DNA of 64,000 bases, taken from the NCBI RefSeq assembly GCF_037042905.1, contig NC_087245.1:38006001-38070000 (forward strand). Reading direction: 5' to 3'. Numbering within the stretch: the stretch's first letter is position 1; each line of letters begins with the position of its first letter. Of this stretch, positions 39,264 through 51,430 are shown piece by piece. A model generated the notes under the pieces. The model saw only the letters and a list, made by a program, of their open reading frames with translations, had not been told where the DNA came from and ran no database searches. Source of the stretch: Lytechinus pictus. Taxonomy: Eukaryota. The position numbers and the translations under genes are program-made.

Positions 39264-40112
39264 ATGGCAACTCCCAGGAAGATAAAATTCATAAAAATCA
39301 ATTTTTGTGGCTCTGAGGATCTTCTTGCCGTGTGTAGTCGGCGCTCGGCACAAAAAATATTGAATTGGAGGGAGCGATGGGGTGACTTGGATAGGCATAC
39401 ATTTTTGCATTGCCCTGGTCTTTCTCGAGCAGCCGATTTAGTTCACTGTTTTGATTTTGAATTTGCAGGGTACAAGCCTCTTGTTTATAGAGGGAATTCC
39501 AACTGGAAAGTTTTTATTAGTAGGTTTGAGAAATATGTCGACAAGGCTGGCTTAACTGCACAGGAGAGTACAGATGCACTCTTATTGTGTCTTGAGGACC
39601 AAGCCGCAGAATATTTCCTCAGCCTGAAGAAGGATGCTGGAATTACCAGCTATCACAGCATACTATATTGGATGCAATACCGTTTTAAGAATACATTATT
39701 TTCGGGTAGGGGTAGTGGTAGGACTCAATATTCCAGAACGCCGCTTCGTAGTCCCATCATGACGGCTTCTGGCCCAGGGTCCAGTAGTAGTACTTCCCCT
39801 ACACACACTAAGTCCAAGAATTGCCCTCCTATCAATAGAGTCAACACTATTGTGAGGCAGTTGCAACAGTCTGTGAGGGAGTCGCAACAGTCTGTGAGGG
39901 AGCTGCAACAGTCACAGAAGGAGATGCAACAATCACACAAGATAATCGTTGAGAAATTTGAGACACAAAAGAACGATATAGAAAAACTGCGCTTCTTAGT
40001 AGAAGGTCTTGCAAAAGAAGTAAGGAAGTTAACTTGCCAGCAAGATTCGGAAAACGCAGAGGGATCGGGGAACGAGGCCAAGCTCCGATCCAAAAAGAAA
40101 ATGGCCATTTAA
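39264..40112 (+). CDS. Gag-like protein, 282 aa: N-terminal HhH-like domain, capsid NTD, S/R-rich linker, coiled coil
   Basis: ATG in good context (agtATGG). IKINFCGSEDLL..SAQKILNWRERWG..HCPGLS resembles the ComEA HhH pattern. YRGNSNWKVFISRFEKY..LLLCLEDQAAEYF..YRF is a Gypsy capsid N-terminal pattern. Heptads VRQLQQS/VRESQQS/VRELQQS follow. Confidence 0.8.
   Translation: MATPRKIKFIKINFCGSEDLLAVCSRRSAQKILNWRERWGDLDRHTFLHCPGLSRAADLVHCFDFEFAGYKPLVYRGNSNWKVFISRFEKYVDKAGLTAQESTDALLLCLEDQAAEYFLSLKKDAGITSYHSILYWMQYRFKNTLFSGRGSGRTQYSRTPLRSPIMTASGPGSSSSTSPTHTKSKNCPPINRVNTIVRQLQQSVRESQQSVRELQQSQKEMQQSHKIIVEKFETQKNDIEKLRFLVEGLAKEVRKLTCQQDSENAEGSGNEAKLRSKKKMAI
40049..40106 (+). promoter_or_regulatory. 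-1 programmed ribosomal frameshift signal (slippery heptamer plus H-type pseudoknot)
   Basis: G GAA AAC in gag phase (40049-40055), then a 6-nt spacer. Stem 1 is GGATCGGGG (40062-70) with CTCCGATCC (40083-91). Stem 2 is GGCCA (40076-80) with TGGCC (40102-06). Loop 3 is A-rich, AAAAAGAAAA. Confidence 0.8.
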
Positions 40113-40693
40113 ATAATTGTACAAAGGAATCTAGGTTTCTAGCTAATGTACATGTAAATAATGTGAATGTATCTGATCTTTCGGCTTGTAATCCTGATAG
40201 TCTTGATAACTCTGATCTTGATTTTGCCGAACATGATCCGTGTGTTCAGAAGAGTTTGGATCTGCACGAGGAGGTCGCGAACAGTTTGGTGAGCAGTGGT
40301 CCCCCATGTTATAACCCTTTTTCAGTTTGCAATATTAAGTTTAGGTCGATTGTGGACACTGCTGCTAGCCTGGCTGACTCGTGGCCTGAACCAGACTCTC
40401 AGTCCGCCGGTGTCTGGCGAACTACATGTACTGCGGCCTCGATGGCTACTGAGCCGTCTAGAACAGAGTGGTGCGAGATGAAGGGAGATCCCGTCCCTTC
40501 ATCTATCAAAGGGTTAGGTCTCTCATCATCTTTCCCCAATAGGTTAGTCCCAATATGGCCCCCCCGAATTGTATTTGACCGTGGTAAAATTTATGATATC
40601 CAACAGGTAGTACTAGTTAGGAGTTATCTCTCATCCTTAGCTATTAATAGTTTTCCTGCTATTTTTCCATGTTGGCGGATGAAGGAGATGTAA
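40055..40693 (+). CDS. -1 frame ORF (pol remnant) with a truncated aspartic protease motif
   Basis: Open for ~212 codons in the -1 frame of gag. It contains FRSIVDTAAS (retropepsin D-T-A) and VFDRGK, but no RT, RNase H or integrase motifs. Confidence 0.6.
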   Translation, partial: RRGIGERGQAPIQKENGHLNNCTKESRFLANVHVNNVNVSDLSACNPDSLDNSDLDFAEHDPCVQKSLDLHEEVANSLVSSGPPCYNPFSVCNIKFRSIVDTAASLADSWPEPDSQSAGVWRTTCTAASMATEPSRTEWCEMKGDPVPSSIKGLGLSSSFPNRLVPIWPPRIVFDRGKIYDIQQVVLVRSYLSSLAINSFPAIFPCWRMKEM

Positions 40694-41599
40694 GATAAAG
40701 CCAACATTGTCTGGCTGGCCAGTTCTATGTGGCTTCAGACTCCTAACTTACCCCATACCATGGAGTACCTCAGTTATAACTCCGAATTCAGTGTGATCTA
40801 AGCTAATAGATAGGGAATGTAGGTCACATTGATATTTCTATAATTGGTCCTAAATAATACTTGTCAACAATTTTAGTATAACAACTATTAATAGATAAAT
40901 TTATATTCATAGTCAGTGATATTTGATCATTGCTGATCATAATTAATATTTTTCAGGTTCTGAATTAATAACTAAATTCATTCATAGCGATTAAATATAG
41001 GAATAATTGATAGGTGGCAAACTACATTAAGTTTACTTTAGGAACTAAAATAGTTGCCAAGCTAAATGTGTACTTTAACTTTACAATGTAATCATCACAA
41101 CTACAAGGTTAGGGATGGTATTTATACCAAAACTTTAAGGATATGAATAAGACTCGAGTATGATTTGTAGGTACATCATGTAGGAATTCGCATTTTTTAA
41201 CAATGTTTCACTTGTCAAACTTCATCTGTGAATAATACTAAAAAATTAAACTTTGAATTGTGACCTGTTTAATGAACGATTGATTTACTTAAAACAAAAA
41301 GTGTTACCGATTGTTGTTACCACCTATAACTAAGTTAATTCATGAACAAATTTAGGGAATAACCATAGTGGCAGACCCGAGACATCGCTTCTTATGGATG
41401 GTGTTAAACAGACTTGTCTGAAATACTATTCCCCATATAATACAAATCCAAAACTCCAAGTTTATAGGGCTGTTAGGCATTTGGGAAGGCAGTCATCTAC
41501 CTGTAAGCCTTCAATTCTTGGATGGTACCTGAAAAGTTCAATCATGCCCTTTAAAAAACCTCTTTGCCGAGAAGTCTTGGCTGGAAATAAATTAAACTT

Positions 41600-44500
41600 T
41601 GTCACGAATTCGTAAGTTCTGACACGTTGTTGCAATGAACTACAAGGAAGGCGTCTGTGAACTATATGCTCCCATTTATTAGATTATGTCTAATAACATT
41701 GTAGTGTTCAGTTATTCAACAACTGTGTGAGATTCCTGTAAATAAACAATAAAGGATAAACATATCTTAGTAAAGAAAGCATTTCTGTACATGTATCATC
41801 ATTCTTTCCCAAAATATTCATTAAGACATAAGGAATAATCAATCATGCCCTTTAACCATTTTGCTGTCAAAGGTAGAATTTAACTGAAAGTAATAAGAGA
41901 GAATTAATGAAACTTTCCTAATTCAGTCTTAATATCATTGTTTCCCAATTCCAACAAATCTACCCTATATGATAAGATATCATAATTATCTAGCAACAAA
42001 CATCTGTGAAAAATATATTTGTCTTCAAAATAACAAGGTATAGATTTAATCAGTTAAATCTCTAAAACTGTAACAGAAAATTCCTATTGTTTTGTTTCCC
42101 TTCTGAATCAATAAAATTCACTTGAAAAACAATTATCAATATTAGTGGTGATTGAATTATTATTTCACGAATTTTGTGTAAGCAATGTAATTTTAAAGAC
42201 ATCAGTTCTAAGTAACAAGAATTAACTGTAAGACAACATTAACTATCACTACTGAAAGATAAACAATAACGTCATGAAACCCTGCTATAACACGTGTAAA
42301 CTCCGGGCGGCGGATCACACCAAAATTCCTGGAAATATCAATCCGCGAGCCAACTCGCACGTAAGTTTGTGACCATACCACATCAAATGAGTAGGAAAAA
42401 TAGTGCATAACTAAACTGGCTTGTAAATATGTTAAACAACAATAAATCCTATAAGCTTGGATTTAAGAAAATACTCTAAATTCGTAGAGTCATAATCATG
42501 AGTACATCTTAAGAATTGCGTGTCACAAGACAACATTTTGAAGATATCGACCGCAGAGAACTTATGCGTGTATTCAAGATACGCAAGGTCCTTCGTTGGA
42601 AAGTGTGATGGATTTTCAAAGTATAATCTAAACCTAAATCTCTTCAACAAGGTATTTAAAAGAGGAATACAAAGATATTAATAAACTACACATTCTCATT
42701 AAATCTACAAAAGTTTTTGAGCAAATCTCAACATACCTTGCATAGCATAAAGCGTGAAAACTAAGGAAATCTTGTGATCAATTGAATGAAGCAAACTGCT
42801 GTGATTTTACGAACTCGATCGTGTTGTTCTAACTAGTCTACGTACAAGGACACGCGCAAGCGCACAATTTAAAAATACACATATACTTCAACATGTCATG
42901 ACATCCCATCCCCCCAAAGGTGACGGAATGTCACTGAATACACATACATTGTAAACATAACAATACTGAAAATATCACTGGTGGTTGTTCATATAAAAAT
43001 GAACAAAACAGTTAATAGAAGTCCAGAGTTCAAGGTTCGAAATTCAACACTTAGATTTCGATGAAAAACGTCCAAAGTTTGATGTTGATGCACTCAAGTT
43101 CGAAGTTAGATATACTAAGAGTCTGGTGAAAATATCCCAAGGTGAAAATATCTCAAGGTGAAAATTTGGCAGAGTTCGGTGTCACCCAACTACTAAAGCC
43201 TAAAACGTTAATCTATGAACGTTCAGATTCCTTCATAAGCAGAACAAGCTTTGTCACAGGTCTTTTCAGTTTTGTACCGTCTGCGAATCTCACGTCCACT
43301 ACTCTGACGAGGTCATCTTTTCCTGGGTAGACACACGTGACTTCCGCCATCTTCCAGGAGCCGCGCTTCAGGTTCTCACCGATGACGAGTACGATGTCCC
43401 TCTCTCCTAAGTTCTCAGCAGATTTCTGCCACTTCTGGCGTGGTGAGAGTTTGTGGATGCACTCCATCCAACGTCGCCAAAACCCATCTACCATGAAATT
43501 GCAGATCTCCCTACGTTTCCGGTGGTTTCCTTTGTATTCTTCACACGGGACTTCGGGGCATGGCAAGTCACCTCTACCTATCAGGAAGTGGTTTGGCGTT
43601 AGTGGAGGATGATCCAGGGGTGACGATGATTTTGCAGTTAGGGGTCGACCATTGATCAGGCTGGATATCTGGCAGAAAACAGTCTCCCACTCGACGAAAG
43701 TCAAACGATCAGCTTTCACCAGGTGTCTCATACCTTTCTTAACTTCTTGGACCAATCGTTCAACGGCCCCCTGGTGGTGAGGTCCTCCTGGAGGTCCGAA
43801 TTTCCACTGAACATTGTACCGTTGGCAATGGTCCTTCAGTACTGTCTGATTCAGTTTCAAGTTCAGTTCATTGATGGTGTTATCAGCTCCTCTGAAGGCA
43901 GTGCCATTATCGCTGACCAGCAAGGATGGCGCCCCTCTGATGCTTATGAACCTTTCTAGTGCCTGTAGGAACGCTTGTGTAGACAGGTCTTGAACACAGG
44001 TGAGGTGCACGGCTCTGGTCACTGCACACGTGAACACAGCACAGTAGCCCTTTGTCGTGGTATTCCGGTTCAGCTTTACATTCACTGGTCCAAGGTAATC
44101 AACCAATGTAGTCTTGAATGGGGGTGAGCAAGGAGTGACTCGGAATTCTGGCAAGTCAGCCATCTTCTGTTGAATTGGCTTGCCTCTGTGTCTCCTGCAT
44201 ACGACACAGTCGTACACCACGCGTTTGGATATGTTCACGTCTCCGACAATCCAGTAACGCTTCCTAACTTCTGTTGCCGTTCTCAAGTGACCCCCGTGAA
44301 GGGCATGTGCATGTCTATCTCTCACGATCAGCAGACTGATGTGGCTCTTCTTAGGGAGAAGATAAGGATGTCGCACATCATATGACAATGGAGCCCTGTC
44401 AATTCGTCCGCCAACACGGAAGACTTGGTCTTCTTCATCGAAGAATGGGTCCAGTTTCATGATGTTAGGATCCTGGAAGTCAACATCTCGCTGTGCTTGT

Positions 44501-47500
44501 CTTAACCAGTATAATTCAGCCTCCTTGACAAGTTTTGGAGAAGGGTACATAGAGATCTGTTTTGCGAGCTGCTTCAGCCATTGGTTCTTGGGCAGTTTTT
44601 TCACGGAGAGAACTCTAGCGGTCACCATCTTTAACCTGCACCAGCTGGAGAACTTGGTTGAGTCAACTATCGGAGAAGGCTTAGAGACGACGTTGATTCT
44701 GAGAGCCAGTGTCTTGGCATTCCGGACATGGAATTTTTTCTGTTCTTCGTCTCCAAGGCTCACAGGAACATTTTCTGGTGTCTTTGGCCAAAACGTAGGT
44801 GATTGCTTCAAGTACACTGGTCCCTCAATGACTCGTCTCATTTCATTGGCAGTTCCTCCTCTGGAAACCAGATCGATAACATTCTGATCTGATGGTACAT
44901 ATGCAATGTCCTTGATGGGGTCGAACTCTGTTGTGATCTCGCCAACACGATATGCGACGTAGGACCGGAAGGACTTGGATTGACCTCTTACCCAGCTAAT
45001 GGCAGTCATGCTGTCTGTCCAGATCTTGGAATAGGCGATGTTGAGCCGCAAGGCTTTCTTCACAGTAAGCATGAGCCTCGACAACAGAAGGATCGCCTGA
45101 AGTTCCTTTCGAGGAATGCTAGACTGCTTCAGTGGAGTGAGTTTGGCTTTTGCACATACAAATGATAGATGTGCTTCAGTGTCCTCAGGGTGAGACCATC
45201 GTAGCCAAACACCAATACCCATGGCATCTTCTGAAGCATCGCTCGCTCCGTGCAGGGACACTTCTGGTAAAGGCCTTATCCCCTTGAAAGGCTCTGGGAT
45301 CAAGCACCTTGGAATCTCAATGCTAGCTACCTCCTCCAAGTCTCTATTGATGTCTCGTAGAATGGCACAAAGTTCACCCTTGTCGTTGAGAGGGGTATCC
45401 CAGTCTAGGTTTAGCTGCCATAGCTTTTGTAGGAGAATCTTCGGTCTAACGAGGAGCCCAGATAACATGCCAAACACATCGTAATACGAAGCAGTTTGGG
45501 CCAGGATATTGCGCTTGGTAGGAACAAGTAGAGTCGACTTCACCTCCTTTACCCTCAACGTGTCTTTTGAGAGGTTCCATTTAGTGCCCAGGGCAGTAGC
45601 ATCTGTGCTGTCTTCTGTTTCGTCGCAGGCTTCTGTCGCATTCGATTGCCATTTTCTGATGGTGAAGTTGCCTTTCTGAAGAGTCTTGCTAAGCTTAGAT
45701 TTGAGCTCTAGAGCCTCTGGGACATTAGTGACAGATTCATTGAGGTCATCAACGTAGAACTGCCTGGCAACCACTTCCTTGAGTTTGTCGTCTTCCGGTG
45801 CATGTTCATCTACCACATGTCTAAGGGTGACTATAGCGGCAGTTGGTGAGGGCTTGTCCCCAAAGGTGACAGTTGTCAGTTCGTAGACTTGAATTGGGTG
45901 GCTAGAATTCTCTCGAAACACAAACCTGTGGAATCGAGCATCATCAGATTTGATTTTTATGGCTTGATACATCTTGCTGACGTCTGCAATGATGCCCACC
46001 TCGTTCTCCCTGAACCTCAGGGCAACTTCAAAGAGATCAGAGTTGATATTCTCACCTTTCATGAGGTAGTCATTCAATGAGTGGCCCTGGAACCTGGCCT
46101 TCGCGTCATATACCACTCTGACAGGAGTTGTCTTCGAGTCCTTGGTGACAGCGAAATGTGGCAGGAACCACATCTTTTTTCCAGTGCTTCTGTCTCGCTG
46201 TAGCTCCTCTTCTGAGACATGGCGCGAAACACCCCTCTTTAACTGGTCTCTCATCTGTCTACAGTAGATGTCCCAATCTTCATGCCTGTTTTTGAACTGA
46301 TTCTCAAGGCTTCTCAACCTTTTGACAGCATAGTTGTAGTTGTCCGGCAGGTCATCGGGTGACTTCCTCCATGGCAGTCTGACTTCGTACGATCCATCAG
46401 AAAGCTGAGTTACGCTCCGTTGCATTGCCTCAGTTGCTTCTTTGTCCAATACATCTGAGGAGCACTTACACTTCTTGGGTTCCAGACCCACAGTCTCCAG
46501 ACCTATGAACTCTTCCAATGGTCCAATGGCTGACACATTGATGTAGTTCAGCAGTGAAGTTGAACTTGTAGACCGTCCTCCTTGAACAAACCAGCCAAAG
46601 GGGCATCTTACAGCGACAGGATCATCAAACTTTTCGCCAAGGATGTATTCTTCCCAGATCATCAAGTGTGTGTTGTCCACACCAAGGAGTACGTCGATGG
46701 TTTCGGATGGGGCAGCATGGATATCAATGGCGCTCAGATGCTCATACTGCCGAAGCTGTTCTGGTAGTACAATAGGAGTATCACCGCAGGGTTGATTTAT
46801 CTCTGTCATGGTTAAAGGACATGACCAATTCCCTGCAATATCTTCAATGTAGCAGTCCAACAGTCTCAATTTCCTTGTTATCTTGCTGCCACCAACAAGA
46901 CTCAGATCATGGTCCTGGAAAAGGCCTCTCTCTGTCCTTGGAAGAATCCCTTCCCTTAACAGTGTAGCTTGGCTACCACCATCCAACAGGATGCGCACCA
47001 GGTGCCGGACATCGCCACATCGTAGATAACCAACAACAGTAGGTAAAGTGCTTTGAAGCTTCCCTGTCTCGTTGGTGTGGGCTGTTGTCACGTTGATTGA
47101 GGTTGAACGTGGAGATTCCATAGTGTTGCGTGTTTGGTTTGCAGGACCTTGACCACTCTCTCCGTATATGACAGGGCAGACAGCTGCGAAGTGTGAGTCA
47201 CTGCCACACGTTTGGACTCTGCATGGAGCAACAAACTGACAAGAGTTTTGGTCATGTGGAGGCTTGCCAGCAACACAGTTGTTATGCCCACATCGGTAAC
47301 AGATACCATTCTTTCTCATTACTTTATATTTCTCATTCTGTGGCAGGCTCTTGAACTTGTTGCAGGTCTTCAAGTAGTGCGAGTCTGCATTGGGGTGGAT
47401 GGCACACTTGGCGACCCCGGAGTGTCTGGCCTTGCTTGGTTGGCTCTGGTTATCAGAAGTATATGAAGCAGCACTTGTAGACTTATACACCTTATGTTGT

Positions 47501-49831
47501 CTTTGCGGAGGGCTAGGCGAATTGTCCCCACTGTTAGGCTTCGCCTTCTCGAGCAGCAAAAGTTGGCTGTATAACCACTTGACCAGACCGGTGAGGGAAT
47601 CATCAATCCTGTCATCTCTAACACCTTTATAATATGCGATGCGGTGTTCCTCTGGGAGCTTCTGCTTAATCTGACTCAACATGATCTTACTGTTAAGCTC
47701 TCCAGATAGGCCAATGGTCTCAGCTTGGGTTTCGAAGTTTTGAAGAGTCTGGACAAAATGACCCATGGCGGGGAGGTTTGTTTTGCCTTTGATCTCGTAT
47801 GTCCTCAGGTTCTCTAGATCTTTTAGTAGGCTGTCTACTACTTTGTCCTGATCGCCCTAACACTCATCAAGTACCTGCCAGGCTCGTTCAACACTAATGC
47901 ACCCTTTGATTTTGTTGCGTTCTTTGACATTAATCATTGATTCGGTCAGTTGATGGAAGCATTCCATCTCTGTTAACTCTGTTGCACAGTGGGTGAACAA
48001 TTCTTTGAAACGCTTGTAGTCTCGAAGGTTCCCATTGAAAGTTGGGAATCTCATTCTTGCCATTCTTGGAGCAGCCGACGTAGCGGTGTGGGGCATAGGA
48101 GATGGCGCATATGAAGCTGGACTGGATCTTGGATGTGGAATTGTAGGTGAAGAGGGGAGAAACTGTTGATTGTCCAGGGGAGATTGAGACTGACGGTCGA
48201 CGACCCTCCTTCCCCGTATTAACACCTGGACGTACTCATTTTCACATTCTCCCATCCATTTCTCCTCCACCTCATACTCTCTCTGATCTTCGATGATATC
48301 CATCAGCGCCGAATGTTTCTCTTCCACTTTCTCAAATTGTTGCTCAGCTTTAGTGATGTATTTCTTTAACATGTCTAGATCACCAACGGCATCTGTTGTA
48401 AGGCTGTCAATTGTCGATAATGTTCGCGTCAACTGACCCTTGATGTTTCGTCTTGATAGCTTCAACTTGTTGACGTCAGCCATGATGTAAGTTGAAGCAG
48501 GTTGATATACACTATAGTTGTTGAAGATGTCACGAATTCGTAAGTTCTGACACGTTGTTGCAATGAACTACAAGGAAGGCGTCTGTGAACTATATGCTCC
48601 CATTTATTAGATTATGTCTAATAACATTGTAGTGTTCAGTTATTCAACAACTGTGTGAGATTCCTGTAAATAAACAATAAAGGATAAACATATCTTAGTA
48701 AAGAAAGCATTTCTGTACATGTATCATCATTCTTTCCCAAAATATTCATTAAGACATAAGGAATAATCAATCATGCCCTTTAACCATTTTGCTGTCAAAG
48801 GTAGAATTTAACTGAAAGTAATAAGAGAGAATTAATGAAACTTTCCTAATTCAGTCTTAATATCATTGTTTCCCAATTCCAACAAATCTACCCTATATGA
48901 TAAGATATCATAATTATCTAGCAACAAACATCTGTGAAAAATATATTTGTCTTCAAAATAACAAGGTATAGATTTAATCAGTTAAATCTCTAAAACTGTA
49001 ACAGAAAATTCCTATTGTTTTGTTTCCCTTCTGAATCAATAAAATTCACTTGAAAAACAATTATCAATATTAGTGGTGATTGAATTATTATTTCACGAAT
49101 TTTGTGTAAGCAATGTAATTTTAAAGACATCAGTTCTAAGTAACAAGAATTAACTGTAAGACAACATTAACTATCACTACTGAAAGATAAACAATAACGT
49201 CATGAAACCCTGCTATAACACGTGTAAACTCCGGGCGGCGGATCACACCAAAATTCCTGGAAATATCAATCCGCGAGCCAACTCGCACGTAAGTTTGTGA
49301 CCATACCACATCAAATGAGTAGGAAAAATAGTGCATAACTAAACTGGCTTGTAAATATGTTAAACAACAATAAATCCTATAAGCTTGGATTTAAGAAAAT
49401 ACTCTAAATTCGTAGAGTCATAATCATGAGTACATCTTAAGAATTGCGTGTCACAAGACAACATTTTGAAGATATCGACCGCAGAGAACTTATGCGTGTA
49501 TTCAAGATACGCAAGGTCCTTCGTTGGAAAGTGTGATGGATTTTCAAAGTATAATCTAAACCTAAATCTCTTCAACAAGGTATTTAAAAGAGGAATACAA
49601 AGATATTAATAAACTACACATTCTCATTAAATCTACAAAAGTTTTTGAGCAAATCTCAACATACCTTGCATAGCATAAAGCGTGAAAACTAAGGAAATCT
49701 TGTGATCAATTGAATGAAGCAAACTGCTGTGATTTTACGAACTCGATCGTGTTGTTCTAACTAGTCTACGTACAAGGACACGCGCAAGCGCACAATTTAA
49801 AAATACACATATACTTCAACATGTCATGACA
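41600..49831 (-). mobile_element. BEL/Pao LTR retrotransposon, full length, very young
   Basis: 1304-bp LTRs at 41600-42903 and 48528-49831 appear identical (TGTCA..TGACA). TSD AACTT (5 bp). PPT GGGGGATGGGA on the minus strand next to 42904. Confidence 0.96.
43213..48483 (-). pseudogene. BEL/Pao gag-pol polyprotein interrupted by one in-frame TAG (47857-47859)
   Basis: ORFs 48483-47857 and 47766-43213 share a frame with an open linker (VLDEC*GDQDKVV). Three Cys/His knuckles, protease LLDGGSQ, RT FYVDD, RNase H DASED, integrase HHCC and VDYLGP..SDNG..ER. Confidence 0.9.
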
Positions 49832-51430
49832 AACTTGATGAATGATATTTCATCACTTTTCACTGGTAAATAATAAGGTGCTTGTAACCAGTATGAGGGA
49901 TAATTTAAAATGAGGTTGAACAGGTATTAATTTCAATCCTGTTACAACTACAATAAACTGCCATATGAAATGAAATCAGCCACTATTCTGTTAGGCACTG
50001 ACCAGGATTAAATCAATGCTCCATTCTTAAACTAGGAACAATGACTCTATCACTTTATGTTTATAACGCACCTTTGTTGGAAGTTAAAGATTCATGTTTT
50101 TCTTGAAACAATAATTCATGTTCCCTTGGAGTTATTTAAAGCAAAATTGTACGAGTGACCTGTATGAGTGTAACTTCCATTCAGATATACTTTGGCCTTC
50201 AAGGCACAAATATCATTCAGCTGAAGTTTCAAATAACATGTCTTTGGGGTGTTTGTTAAGTAGGACTCTTAATCTTTAATATATTAAGTAGGACTCTTAA
50301 TAATCTTTAATATATTTACAGAACATCTCACCAAAGGTTCCTTTGAAGCCTGCCCTTCACTTCGCTGCCGGCAAGCCTGGCTGCTGTGTCTTGTTAGATA
50401 AATCAAGTAACATGATATGGTAATTGTGCTACGTTAATGAGTAAAAGTTAAACTATTAATATTATCATAAAAAAGTACATCAAGGGCTGAGCATACACAG
50501 CCAAACTTAAAATTATTCCAAGTAAAAGATATAGGTTTAGAACTATCGTTCAGGTAAAATAAATGTTAGGTAAATAACTTGGGGAATAATTTTATATTAA
50601 GTTAAAATAATATAAAGTCAAGTAAAGGGGTAAAAAAATTTGAAAGTAGAATAGCAGTGAGGTACTTAATCTTTAAAGTATAATTATTAATTGTAAACCA
50701 TAAACTAGTAATCTATTAAAATTTAACATGGATTTACATGTAATTAACATGAATTCATTTGGCTATTTAAAATTATAACTGAGACGAACACAATTCAGAT
50801 ATCAAGCCATAGAGATTTATATTTCCCATAAAGGTACATAATCTCAATTAAGACCCCTCTGTTGTAACGATCCTAATACATACAGCTGACACAAATTCAG
50901 TGAAAATGAAATCAACCTCCGTTATCAAATGGAAAGCCATCTTGCATAATCTGTTCCATTTTCAGGCAAATCCTATCATACCATTGGTCAAGCCTACAAG
51001 TTCATTTACACCTTTACTATAGTACTGCCATTCAGGCATGAGTGATTGCAAATAATGCGAACTCATTTTCCTTTTAATTAGAAACTGTTTACTACTTTCA
51101 GATCCATTCTCCAGAGTTTAGATATTTTCCAGGTCTACATGATTAAAGTTTATCTCAGAATCTCGGATGCAATCAGTTTATTTTAAGACATTCATCGTCC
51201 ATCAATTTTGAAATCCTTAAATTTACAGAGTTACAGCTTATTGTGAGGTACCGTAATATTGGAACTCATTGTTATCCCCGTGAAAAGGGACAATAAGCCA
51301 TGAGTCATGACTGCCGACATAGCATATTAGAATGACAATATGGGTCCTCACATCTCAAAGTTTGGATTCCAGGTTGAATAAGTATGCCGTCGTGATGGCC
51401 TACTTTCTTATATGGGAATTCTCGCCTATC

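Noticed and set aside
42208-42650. Short ORFs duplicated at 49136-49578
   Set aside because: They lie in the BEL LTRs, have no recognisable motifs, and the duplication only reflects LTR identity.
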